Part shown: positions 28,977 to 38,582 of the stretch, one piece after another
Numbering within the stretch: position 1 is the stretch's first letter
How the letters are laid out: each line of letters begins with the position of its first letter
NCBI GenBank assembly: GCA_963707165.1
Contig: CAVPPO010000001.1
Coordinates: forward strand, 38,412-102,411
Direction of reading: 5' to 3'
Length of the DNA: 64,000 nt
Origin: an uncultured Acidobacteriota bacterium
Lineage (GTDB): Bacteria > Acidobacteriota > Terriglobia > Acidiferrales > UBA7541
Notes under the pieces: model-generated
Databases searched by the model: none
Told to the model about the DNA's origin: nothing
The model's input: only the letters and a program-made list of their open reading frames with translations
Position numbers and translations under genes: made by a program

Positions 28977-30477
28977 CTATTGCACCGCGACGTTCACCAT
29001 GCACGTCGCCGGGATTCCGCGCGGCCCAGCGTCTACTCGCGCGGTCAGCGTGTACGTGCCTGCGGCGAGCCCTGCTGCGTCCCAGCGCGCTGACGGACCC
29101 GACTGCTCGAGCTTTCCGCCCGTCGCCGTCCACGAATAGTTCAGCGGAAGATTCAGCGAATCCTTCGCCAGCACCGACGCAATGGCTCGATCGGCCGATC
29201 CGGCTCGCAGCGAAGTGCGATCCACCGAGCACGTCGCCGTGATCACATCGCTCGAAGAGCGCGGCGCCGCTTCTGCCCCCGGCCAGCGCGCCGAATCGAA
29301 CTTCAGTACAAATCCGTTGCGGTCCTTGTGGTTCGTCAAATCCACCACGTAGCGATAGGCGATATCAATCGCGAAATTCCGCCAGAAATACACGCGAATG
29401 CCGCTCACTTGATCCACGGGATCGCGCGGCCCAAAAGTCGTGTTCGGCGTATGCGTGCCAACGTAGAGAGTCGCGTTGTATTCCGAAATCACCTGAAATC
29501 GTTTCTGCGGAAAGAACAGGAACCCCGCGCCAAGCTGCACTTGATCCGCAAGCTGGACGTTTTGGCTCGCGCCCGCAACTGTAAACGACGGATCGAGCGT
29601 CAGGCGATATTCCCCGTTCAACGCCGCCACAATTCCGCCGTGAAAAATCGACTTGCTAAATTCCGCGCCGACGCCGTAATTGAATCGCCCGTTTTGGCTG
29701 CCGTTGCTCAGCAAATCGCCCAGCGAAGTCTGCGTCGGAAGGTAGAAATCATTCTTGATCGAAAAGCTGAATGGCCCGCCGCGCTTCTCGGAAACCAGAT
29801 TGATCTTGAATCCGAGATCGACTTCTCCCACGCCGCCGCCGCTCTGCGCCGCAAACGGATAATCTTCTACGTAAGCCGGCGCCGCTCCGGGCAACGGCAC
29901 AATCGTCCGGTAAATCGTATTCCCGAATTGCGGATTGCCAAGCGTGTTCGTCGAAAGGCTCAGCAGATCGGGCCGCCCCACGTGAACGTAATTGTACGCA
30001 TCGAAATTCACGAACGCCGAAATGTGATTCGTGATTCCCGCCGAAAACGACCAGCCGTAATTAATTACCGTGATATTTCCGGGGTCGCGCGAGAATTTGT
30101 TCGCCCCAGCCGTGAACGCAAAGCCGCCGCGCGGCAGCGTCTCGCCGGTCTCCACTGTAAACATTCCGGGATTGCCGCTCCACGCAGGCATCGGCGCCCA
30201 TTCTGCATGGATATCTGCGGAAGTCGATTTCGTCGACGCCGGGTCTGGCGTCGCGGATGTCGCAGCGGGCGCAGGCTGCGGCGTTGTCGCCGCATCAGCG
30301 TTCCCTGCCGCCGTCGAGTCCTTGGAGCTGGCATCACCGCCCGTCACGGCGCCGGCGGGCAGTCGTCGCAGGAGTCGTACTCGCCGCCTTATCGTCCAGG
30401 CTGGCAGCCCATGCCACTCGCGCGGCTGACGCGCCAAAGATCATCAATACCACCGCCCAGCGGACCCACGCTCTCAT
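28977..30477 (-). pseudogene. Secreted beta-rich protein (possible outer-membrane barrel) with C-terminal Ig-like domain; signal peptide is out of frame
   Basis: The track ORF 28977..30437 (TTG start) has no signal peptide. My own translation from ATG 30477 gives MRAWVRWAVVLMIFGASAARVAWAASLDDKAASTTPATTA..., in a frame offset by one nt that stops at 30334. Removing one C from the CCC run (GGG 30357-30359 on the + strand) would join the two frames into ...TPATTAAGAVTGGDASSKDST... Confidence 0.6.
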
Positions 30478-30773
30478 ACCAGCCTCCGTCCAATTTGCGC
30501 GCCCATCACAGGCACTCCTACCCGCGTCAAGGGCTGACTAGGGTAGTGAAGAATTCAGCGATTCGCAACAGGCCACTCTGGATCCGAGGAAACCAATCCG
30601 TGGCGCCCGCCAAATGTGAATCCGGCATTATATGCGTCCTTCCCGGACATCGCGAAAAGCTTTCTTTGCCTCCATACCACCCCGCAAACTGTAGTAGCAT
30701 CTATTTGTCCGTCGGCTTTTCACCGGCGTGGAATCCGGCAGACAGCCAAGCTGAAATCTATTGGGAGGATCCC

Positions 30774-31481
30774 ATGCGATTCCATACAGCTTGCTGGCTG
30801 CTCGTACTTTTCTGCGTCGCAGCCAGCCTGCCAGCACTTCTTCCAGCACAGCAATCGCAGCAGAACGACAATTCGTCGCCGGGCAGCACGCAATCATCGC
30901 CGGAGCCGCAATCCGACTGGCAATCGCCGCAAGTGCCGGCCGGAACGCGCTTTCTGGTCGGCCTCCTCGACGAACTCAACACCAAAACCGCGAAGCCGCA
31001 TCAGCAGTTCACGGTCAAGACGCTCGAATCGCTCGACACGCCGGACGGCCACGCGATTCCTGCGGGAACCGTAATTCGCGGGCACGTGAGCCGCGTCGAG
31101 CCCGGCAGCTCGACGGGCCGCGCGCGCATCTGGCTGAGCTTCGATGAAATCGAAACCCGCGCGGGCTGGAAGCCGCTGGTCGCCGACGTGACTGAAGTAC
31201 CCGGCGAGCACGCGGTGAAATCCGGCGAGATCAAAGAAGGCGAAATCCAGGCGCGTACCAGCGCTAGCGACCGCGATCTGCAAGCCGCCGCCGCGGGCGC
31301 AGCTCTGGGAGCAGCAGCCGGCGCCGCCGCCAAGAACGGCAAAGCCGCAGCCATCGGCGCCGCGACCGGCGCGCTGACCGCGTTCCTAGTTTCTTCGGGT
31401 CTGGGCCAGGAACTGGAGCTAGCCAAAGGCACCAAGCTCGAGCTGGAGCTGCAGCGTCCGTTGTATCTGGCGCGCCGCTAG
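30774..31481 (+). CDS. Secreted glycine-zipper protein (paralog family A)
   Basis: ATG 30774 is preceded by GGGAGGA (30763-30769). Signal peptide MRFHTACWLLVLFCVAASLPALLPA. VPAGTRFLVGLLDELNT...AIPAGTVIRGHVSRV...GRARIWLSFDEI...AAGAALGAAAGAAAKNGKAAAIGAATGA...LAKGTKLELELQRPL. It forms the C-terminal part of the artefactual 717-aa track ORF 29328..31481. Confidence 0.7.
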   Translation: MRFHTACWLLVLFCVAASLPALLPAQQSQQNDNSSPGSTQSSPEPQSDWQSPQVPAGTRFLVGLLDELNTKTAKPHQQFTVKTLESLDTPDGHAIPAGTVIRGHVSRVEPGSSTGRARIWLSFDEIETRAGWKPLVADVTEVPGEHAVKSGEIKEGEIQARTSASDRDLQAAAAGAALGAAAGAAAKNGKAAAIGAATGALTAFLVSSGLGQELELAKGTKLELELQRPLYLARR

Positions 31482-31620
31482 CTGCGCTCGTACCGGGAGG
31501 GTCTGTTGGGCCTTCGGCCCTTACCTTGGGCGAAGGACGGGCCCTCTCATCAGTTTGGCGTTGACGGCGAGAACATCGATCGCGGGGCTGATCGGCTGAG
31601 CCGAGCAGAGTGGCGCGGCT

Positions 31621-31892
31621 AAATCGCGTTCTGCAGACTGCGTGTTTTTTCCCGATTAGAGGTGGGTGGCGTCTTTTGTTTTCTGTGGGTTACCTCCGTG
31701 TCTAATAATTTGGTTCCCGATTATAAATTGGAGGCCGCCGGCGTCTCGAAGTTGCCGGTGCGATCCGCCGGGGAGCCAAATCGCGTTGTGAAAAAGGCGT
31801 GATTTGTATCGATTAGAACGTGGTGCCGTCTTTTGTTTTCTTGGAGTTACGCCGGTTTCTAATAATTTCGTGTACCGATTAGAAATTGGGGG
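31621..31892. repeat. Diverged tandem repeat, two units of about 115 nt (31621-31735 and 31778-31892), period 157 nt, non-coding
   Basis: The shared blocks AAATCGCGTT, CGATTAGA, CGTCTTTTGTTTTCT, TCTAATAATTT and CCGATTA(G/T)AAATTGG occur in the same order. By eye about three quarters of positions are identical. No credible ORF. Confidence 0.85.
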
Positions 31893-32310
31893 CTGATGGG
31901 GCCGGCGGGGGGCGGGGATGTAGCTCAGGTGTTTAGACCTGAGGGCGTTGTCACCGAGTTTGAGCCGAAATGCCAAGTCAACACCTAAGTGCCTCACTAC
32001 ATAAAGATGCGAAGATTCTGCACGGACTGCGGTGGAATGATAATTGCTGGGATAACTAAAGGTCAATAGTACGTCAGTACTATATTTGGAGAGAATCGGG
32101 GAGTTGCGGAGGATCGGAGGTAGGCGAGAAGTCGAAAAGACGAACTTCAGCGGCTGAAGAGGTTGCGGAACAAAGGCGAAATGGTGGCATTTCTGGCTTC
32201 TTTTGGTATGGTTCCACGTCGGAAATGCTGCGGGAGAAAGATCAGCGTCCGCTAGCCGCGATGCCGGGCTGATATCCTGCGCTGGATCGGCAGCGGGAGC
32301 GTGCAGGCTT

Positions 32311-32709
32311 ATGACACGAGCGACCACGGCGGCGATTTCACCATGTTTCATCGTCAGCGACGTGGATCGGACGATCGCCTTCTATTGCGAGAAGCTTGGG
32401 TTTGAGGCGAGATTCCGGGCGCCGGATCGGGATGCTTTTTTCGCGATCGTCGGGCGTGACGGTGCGCAACTCTTCGTGAAATCGGATAAAGATGTGTCGC
32501 CGCTGCCGAACCATAAGCGTCATCCCTACATGCGGTGGGATGCGTTTGTTTATGCCGCGGACCCCGATGGGCTGGCTGCCGAATTTGCGGAGCATGGGGC
32601 CGCATTCAGCGCGGCGCTGGAAGATACACACGACGGTCTGCGCGGCTTCGAGATTTGCGATCCAGACGGGTATGTGTTGTTCTTCGGGAGACCGTTGAAG
32701 GACCGATGA
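32311..32709 (+). CDS. VOC-family (glyoxalase/bleomycin-resistance fold) protein
   Basis: Met 32311. FIVSDVDRTIAFYCEKLGFE...DPDGYVLFFGRP shows the typical paired beta-alpha-beta-beta-beta VOC pattern. The track ORF starts at 32203. Confidence 0.8.
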   Translation: MTRATTAAISPCFIVSDVDRTIAFYCEKLGFEARFRAPDRDAFFAIVGRDGAQLFVKSDKDVSPLPNHKRHPYMRWDAFVYAADPDGLAAEFAEHGAAFSAALEDTHDGLRGFEICDPDGYVLFFGRPLKDR

Positions 32710-32836
32710 ACGGTGTAATCATGCCTGCATCGGAATTGCGGTATACGTTGCTATCTAGCGGGCTTTCTTGGGTAGGATCTCTTGGATGTGGTTTTCTTTG
32801 GCTATCGGGTTGCCGCGGTGGTTTATCGCGGGCGGA

Positions 32837-32860
32837 CACAGGCAGGAGTGCCTGTGCTAC
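32837..32860. repeat. Short hairpin repeat CACAGGCA-GGAG-TGCCTGTG (family H); second copy at 62346-62371
   Basis: Perfect 8-bp stem. The second copy, CACAGGCAGGAGTGTGCCTGTGCTAC, lies 53 nt after the stop of the histidine kinase gene at 62293. Confidence 0.8.
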
Positions 32861-32943
32861 TGGACACCTTGCTAACCTTGGCTGCTGGAATCGTCGAGTT
32901 GTACCGGAGGTGCTTCTGTGAGGGAAAACCACGGGGCCGAACC

Positions 32944-33029
32944 AGCGCTAAAGCGCATCTTTCAATCGCGAGGGTTTTCCGGAGCGCTTAAGCGCTCCTC
33001 CCCCCGCATGAATGCGGGGGCTGCCACCG
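32944..33029. repeat. REP-like multi-hairpin element (family R); second copy at 44049-44132
   Basis: AGCGCTAAAGCGCATC...GGAGCGCT(T/G)AAGCGCTCC-TCC-CCCCGCAT(G/A)AATGCGGGGG-CT-(G/C)CCACCG. It contains an 18-nt palindrome and a 9-bp-stem hairpin. By eye the two copies are roughly 85 percent identical. Confidence 0.85.
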
Positions 33030-33197
33030 GGTATAGACCGGGGACATGCCTGACAGATTGAACCGGGCACATTCCTGACACTGCAGATACGGCGAGCCGT
33101 GGGATAACAGGCGCACTCCCTGAAACCGCGCAGATATCGAACTTTGCTGCAAGAAAAGGCACACAGTGTGGCCTCGCGGTGTCATTTTATGTAGAGC

Positions 33198-34451
33198 ATG
33201 GCACTCCGCGGTCATTTTCCGGCGACGGCGTGGCTTGCGCGCGCTTTCACCGGGCGAATTGCGCGGCGCATCTATCTCGCAATCGTCGCGCTGATATTCA
33301 CTGCGTCCGCGGTCGCACGGGTTCGTGCGTTCGTGCTTACGCGCAAGATGCACGCGGTGATCCAAGGGGTCTCGAAGTTGCGCATCGACGAAACGAGCGA
33401 GGATGAAGTTCTACGCACGGTCCCGTACCTCGTTCGCGGCGATTGGAGCCGACAAGTACAACGAACGGCCGAAACCGGAGACGTGGACGAGGGCATCGAG
33501 CACGCATACTTCGTCAAGATCTCAAACGCGCGCGACTGGCTGGCATTTGCAAATTTTGCTGGCCGCTTCTCCAGAATGGAAATTACGCGAGACGGTTTCC
33601 CGAAGAGCTGGATCTGCAGCGTCGCAGATCTGCTCGGCTATCGCTACGTCGGATTCACTGCAACGGTCATCGTGTTAAATGGAAAAGTCTCCAGCGCAGG
33701 GTACGGGATCGCCAATGTGCTCGTGTTTCCTGAGCCCCTCGGACTCGCACTTTCCGTTAAGAGTATCCACGGCATCTGGGGACCGTATCGATCTGCGTTC
33801 CGAACTTCCAGCACTTCAGATGAGGCTCGTGAATTCGATGTCAGCGGCGACGACGCGCACCTCAGGCTTCGTTTCGCGTCCGAAGCGTCGCCGCAATTGA
33901 TCTCCCACGCCTACCAAGTGAACCTGAGCTGTTTCTGGAGCTTGCTGGGCTGTCGGCACGCGCAGCAGATCGCGCCACTTCTCTGGCAGGACAAACGCGC
34001 AATCGACACGGCAACACTGGCGCGCCTGAAAAGCAGCGATCCGTGCCCTGACCGAATTTTGGCCGGCCGGGTGAAATACCTGCCGGATGTGGTCGTAAGC
34101 CTGCTTGAGTCCAACGGCTCGAAGCATACAAGCGTCGACGAAGAGGGCCACCGCGACGATGAAATCTCGACGGACTACAAAATCGTCGAAGATCTTCGAG
34201 GGCGCTCTTCGGGACCGTGGGATTCAGTCAGGAGCAGAACGACGGTCCCGTATCCCGGAGACGATTCCCACACGTTACCCAATCCGGGCCTGCGATGGAC
34301 CAAACCGGGCGACAAAGTCCTGGCATTTTCTTCTCTGGGCTTCGATTCATGCGGATTCGTTCTTGCGACGCCCTCAGCCTTAGCGGCAATTCGAGACGCA
34401 GTTCCCGCACCGAGACGGTTAGAAGACGAACTGGTGGGCTCGTTGCATTAG
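33198..34451 (+). CDS. Hypothetical membrane-anchored protein
   Basis: 417-aa ORF with one N-terminal TM (IYLAIVALIFTASAVARV). No recognisable family. It lies in the AT-richer islet. Confidence 0.55.
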   Translation: MALRGHFPATAWLARAFTGRIARRIYLAIVALIFTASAVARVRAFVLTRKMHAVIQGVSKLRIDETSEDEVLRTVPYLVRGDWSRQVQRTAETGDVDEGIEHAYFVKISNARDWLAFANFAGRFSRMEITRDGFPKSWICSVADLLGYRYVGFTATVIVLNGKVSSAGYGIANVLVFPEPLGLALSVKSIHGIWGPYRSAFRTSSTSDEAREFDVSGDDAHLRLRFASEASPQLISHAYQVNLSCFWSLLGCRHAQQIAPLLWQDKRAIDTATLARLKSSDPCPDRILAGRVKYLPDVVVSLLESNGSKHTSVDEEGHRDDEISTDYKIVEDLRGRSSGPWDSVRSRTTVPYPGDDSHTLPNPGLRWTKPGDKVLAFSSLGFDSCGFVLATPSALAAIRDAVPAPRRLEDELVGSLH

Positions 34452-34608
34452 GGCTCAGCTTCCTCACTCCCGGAAATAATCGAAAAGCCCGCAGCCAATT
34501 GCCATTGGAAATCTCAAAAGACCAATAGAATCTAAAAATCAGGCCAGATTGCCCCAGCGCTCGACGCTTGGCTTTCGTTGCGGCTGCTGATACATTCGCT
34601 GATTAGCG

Positions 34609-36007
34609 ATGGTCGAGAACAACAATTCGTTGCGAATCCTTATTGTTGAGGATGAGGAGAACGCGCGTAAAGGCTATGAAGCGCTTTTGCGGCGGTGGAA
34701 TTACGATGTTTTGGGCGTGGGGACTGGCGAAGATGCGCTGGAGAAATTTCCTGAGTTTCAGCCTGGCGTGATTCTTGCCGATGTGGAATTGCCTGGGATC
34801 AACGGGCTCGAGCTTCTGCAGCGGCTGGGCGAAGAGATTCAGCGCATTCCTGTGATCATCATCACCGGGCGCGGAAGCGACGAGCGCGTGATTCAAGCTA
34901 TCGAAGCTGGGGCCTTCTGGTACATCGAAAAGCCGCTGAAGGCGCCGATTCTGAAGGCGCTGCTGGACCGCGTCGTTGGCAAGCTGCGGGATCAGCGGGC
35001 GGTCGCTTCGCTTACTCGCGAGTTGCGCGATACCGGGAAGATGGGCTCGCTGATCGGCATATCGAAGCCGATGCAGGAAGTGATGCACCAGATCGAGATG
35101 GCCGCGCCTTCGACCGCGTCGGTGCTGATCACCGGCGAAACTGGTTCCGGAAAAGAAATCGTGGCGCGTACCTTGCACAAGCTTTCGCCGCGGGCCGAGC
35201 GGCCCTTCGTGGCCATCAATTGCTCGGCGATTCCGGAATCGCTGATGGAAAGTGAAATTTTCGGGCACGAGCGCGGCGCATTCACCGGTGCTGCCGAGCG
35301 GCGTATCGGCTGCTTCGAATTGGCCGATGGGGGCTCGCTGCTCCTCGATGAAATCGGCGAAATGCCGGCGCCGACGCAGGCGAAGCTTTTGCGCGTGCTC
35401 GAAGATCACAAAGTGCGGCGCCTCGGCAGCAAGACTGAGACGCCGGTGGATGTGCGCGTGATCGCCGCCACGAACAAAGATCCGCAGCAAGCTGTGTCCA
35501 AAGGGCAATTGCGGCAGGATCTCTTTTTCCGGTTGAATGTTTTTCACATTCATTTGCCGCCATTGCGGGAACACAAGGACGACTTGCCTGCGCTGGTTGA
35601 AAGTTTGCTGAAAGACATCAATCAAAAGCACAGCCGCCAAGTTACGGGCGTCGGAACCGAAGTACTCGAGCTATTCAAATCCTATCCGTGGCCCGGCAAC
35701 ATTCGGGAGTTGCGCAATATACTCGAGCGCGCGGCTATCGCCGCGGATCGCGGAGCGATCGGGCGGCAGCATCTGCCGATCGGAATTCGGCCACGCGCCG
35801 GTGGGGGATAATCTCGAACTTTCCGGCCTGCGCTTCCCCGTCGGCACGACGGTGGAAGCCGCCGAGCGCGAGCTGATCCTGCAAACGCTCGAGGCCACCA
35901 ATCAGAACAAGACGCGAGCTGCCGAACTCCTCGGCATCAGTCTAAAAACATTGCACAACAAGTTGAAGGAGTACGAAACGACTCGCAAGCATGCGGCTCA
36001 GCCTTAA
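34609..36007 (+). pseudogene. Sigma-54-dependent response regulator (REC - AAA+ - HTH) split by a +1 frame shift before the HTH
   Basis: 34609..35811 encodes REC plus AAA+ (GETGSGKE, GAFTGA) and stops at TAA 35809-35811, right after a G5 run (35803-35807). The next frame (35801..36007) encodes ...[37 protein letters not shown], a Fis-type HTH. One fewer G would restore a single ORF. Confidence 0.85.
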
Positions 36008-37892
36008 AACGAAATTCACGCTCACGACGTCGCTGGTGGTGCTGTTTGTCGTCGCGCTGGTTTCGTGGCTGTTCGTCGCGAGCTTGACGCGCCAGGTGAT
36101 CCACGACGCGAACGATCGCGCGAGCTTCGTGGCGCATCAAGCGCTGGTGGCCAGCGCGCAGGCGCTGGCCGAATCCGCCGAGCACGGCGAAACACTCAAT
36201 TCCGATAGCGCCGCCGACCTGCGTGAGTACGTTCAACATTCACTCGACAACAGCAGCGCGCTGAACTCGCTTCTCGAATCCGCGATCGGCTACGCGCCGA
36301 CGATCTACGAAATCACCATCACCGACCAGAGCGCGAAAGCGCTGGTGTCCAGCGACGCCGCGTTGCGCGGACGGCAGATTCCGGTGAAGCCCAATGCTTC
36401 GCTGCTCGATCATGCGAGTCTGCTGGAGCAAATTCGCACCTTATATGGTCCGCCGAAGGTTTATCAGGTGACGCTGCCGTTCGACGTGAGCGGCGTGCCG
36501 TTCGGCGAGATTCGCGTGGATATGTCCACGGCGCTGCTGCGCGATGAAATTTCCCACGGGCTGTTGGGAGCAGGGCAAATTGCGCTCGGCGCTGTGCTTT
36601 TCGCCACGCTTTTGGCTGCGGTGCTCAGCCGCATTGCGCTCGCGCCTCTGGCGCGAATTTCCGATCAGCTCGATCGCATCTCCGCGGGGCAATTCGATGT
36701 CGAGCCTGTCGCGCAAGCCGACGAACTCGGGCAGGTGAGCACCAAGATCAGCAACATCGGCAAGCAGCTTCGCGATGTGCGCGAAGTGTTCAGCACCTTG
36801 CGCGAAAATTTGAATCACGTGATGGCGGGGCTCGAAGATGGATTGATGCTATTCAATGCTGATGGGCGCGCGGTGCTTATCAGCCCTTCGATCGAAAAAT
36901 TTCTCGGCGTTCTGCCGGCCACAATTCTCGGGCGGCGCGCGGGTGAGATTTTTCCGCAGGGGCATCTGATTCGCGATGTGCTGCACATCAACGGTGATCG
37001 CATGCAGCCTGTGGAAGATGCCGAAGTGCAATTGGACAGCCCCGAAGGGCCGCGGCGCATCTCTCTTATATGTCAGGTCATCAGCGAAAAAGGCGAGCCG
37101 ATGGGAACGCTTCTGACGCTTCGTGACCTCGAGTCCTACGAGCGCCTTGGCTCGCAACTGCAGGTTTCCGAGCGGCTGGCGGCGATTGGCCGTGTCACGG
37201 CAGGCGTTGCGCACGAAGTGAAGAATCCGCTGAATTCGATGCGCGTGTGGCTGGAAGTGCTGAAGGGCAATATTCCCGGCGATCTCGAGGGACAACAAGC
37301 GGTGAAGATGCTCGATAGCGAAATCGACCGGCTGGATCGCGCGGTGAAAACTTTCCTCGATTTCACGCATCCCGTGGAAATCGATCTCTCGGAATCGGAT
37401 TTGCCTGGGCTGCTCAACGAGATCCTGGAAAATGCGCGCCCGGCGATTGCTAAGGCCGGCGTTGTGCTGGCGACGCAAATTCCCGAGCGCTTTCCGCAGG
37501 TGCGCATGGATCGCCGGCTGATTCATCAAGCGGTTCTCAATCTCGTGCTGAATGCGTGCGAGGCGATGGGGCCGGGCGGGCAGCTTGCCGTGAAGCTCGC
37601 GCAGGAAGAAGACAATGCGCAGATTCTTGTCTCCGACACCGGAAAAGGAATCAGCCCGGAAAATCGCAACAAGATCTTTCAGCTTTTTTTCACCACGCGG
37701 CCGGGAGGTACCGGAATCGGACTGGCCAATACTTTTCGATTTGTCCAACTGCACAATGGTTCGATAGAATTTGAATCGGAGGTCGGCCGGGGCACGACTT
37801 TCACGATTGAGCTGCCCCTGGGCCGCACGGCTGAAACGCCCGCGCCGCACGCGCGTGATATCGGACTCCCGTTTGCGCAAGGAAAGGTGTGA
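35991..37892 (+). CDS. Sensor histidine kinase (TM - HAMP - PAS - HisKA - HATPase_c)
   Basis: H-box [31 protein letters not shown], with two TM segments flanking an extracytoplasmic domain. It overlaps the upstream regulator's HTH ORF by 17 nt. Confidence 0.9.
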   Translation: MRLSLKTKFTLTTSLVVLFVVALVSWLFVASLTRQVIHDANDRASFVAHQALVASAQALAESAEHGETLNSDSAADLREYVQHSLDNSSALNSLLESAIGYAPTIYEITITDQSAKALVSSDAALRGRQIPVKPNASLLDHASLLEQIRTLYGPPKVYQVTLPFDVSGVPFGEIRVDMSTALLRDEISHGLLGAGQIALGAVLFATLLAAVLSRIALAPLARISDQLDRISAGQFDVEPVAQADELGQVSTKISNIGKQLRDVREVFSTLRENLNHVMAGLEDGLMLFNADGRAVLISPSIEKFLGVLPATILGRRAGEIFPQGHLIRDVLHINGDRMQPVEDAEVQLDSPEGPRRISLICQVISEKGEPMGTLLTLRDLESYERLGSQLQVSERLAAIGRVTAGVAHEVKNPLNSMRVWLEVLKGNIPGDLEGQQAVKMLDSEIDRLDRAVKTFLDFTHPVEIDLSESDLPGLLNEILENARPAIAKAGVVLATQIPERFPQVRMDRRLIHQAVLNLVLNACEAMGPGGQLAVKLAQEEDNAQILVSDTGKGISPENRNKIFQLFFTTRPGGTGIGLANTFRFVQLHNGSIEFESEVGRGTTFTIELPLGRTAETPAPHARDIGLPFAQGKV

Positions 37893-38480
37893 ATGGAACC
37901 CCAGCTCCAATCGCGCCATACTCTCGCCGCGCCGCTGCGACCGCGCGCGAGGCTCGTATTGGTTGTGGCTTGCCTGCTATCTATCGGAGTGGCGGGATGC
38001 CCGCGCGAAAAAGTTCACGCCAAGATGCCCAAGATTATTCCGCCTGTGCCGACGGTCGTTGAGCCTCCGATTCCGCCCTACATTCTTGGCGAAGAGCCTG
38101 CCGACACGACGCTGGCGATGATTCCGGAATCGCTGCCTGCGCCGCCGCCCGAGCGCACGCATGCGAGTCCGCCGCGGAAGCCTGCCGCTGATTCTTCGCC
38201 GGCTACGCATCCCGCCGTGCCTGTGATCTCTCCGCAGATTCCCGCCGGGGAGCAGGCTGCCTACGAGCACCGCATCAAGGAGAACATCGATACAGCGGAA
38301 CGCAATCTGCAGCAGGCTAAATCACATTCGCTCAATTCTACGCAGCAGGATATGGCTGAGAAAATTAAATTATTCGTGGAGCAGGCCCACGACGCGATGC
38401 TGGCTTCCGACTGGACGCGGGCGCAGAATTTGGCGCAGAAGGCGCAAGTTCTCTCTGCCGAGCTAGTCAATTCGTTTTAA
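37893..38480 (+). CDS. Hypothetical lipoprotein
   Basis: It starts directly after the kinase stop. Lipobox LLSIGVAGC, a Pro-rich segment and a helical C-terminus. Confidence 0.6.
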   Translation: MEPQLQSRHTLAAPLRPRARLVLVVACLLSIGVAGCPREKVHAKMPKIIPPVPTVVEPPIPPYILGEEPADTTLAMIPESLPAPPPERTHASPPRKPAADSSPATHPAVPVISPQIPAGEQAAYEHRIKENIDTAERNLQQAKSHSLNSTQQDMAEKIKLFVEQAHDAMLASDWTRAQNLAQKAQVLSAELVNSF

Positions 38481-38582
38481 TCCGCGCCGCGACCAGCCAA
38501 ATTTCAATTCTGTTCGTCCGCACGATCGAGCTACTTGCGCTGGCCACCGTTGCCGCTGCTGGATTCCTGCTAAAATATCCGC

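Noticed and set aside
29328-30773. N-terminal 480 aa of the 717-aa plus-strand ORF 29328..31481
   Set aside because: This part is antisense to the OMP-like gene and Arg-rich. Only the last 235 codons, from ATG 30774 with a ribosome-binding site and signal peptide, look like a real gene.
31621-31892. CRISPR array
   Set aside because: There are only two units. They are about 115 nt long and about 25 percent diverged, with a spacer of about 40 nt and no cas genes. This is not CRISPR-like.
31914-31945. tRNA-like start GGGGATGTAGCTCAGG
   Set aside because: What follows is a 7-bp hairpin (CTCAGGT/ACCTGAG), not a D-arm. There is no anticodon arm, no T-arm GGTTCGAATCC-type box and no acceptor complement. 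I found no tRNA anywhere in the window.
31656-32351. 231-aa minus-strand ORF across the tandem-repeat region
   Set aside because: It is built from the repeat units and AT-rich spacer. It has no ribosome-binding site, its composition is odd, and it overlaps the VOC gene start. It is more likely non-coding.
38481-38582. TPP riboswitch upstream of the thiO-like gene
   Set aside because: The conserved CUGAGA and ACCUGAUCUGGAUAAUGCCAGCG-type elements are not present in the 100-nt upstream region.
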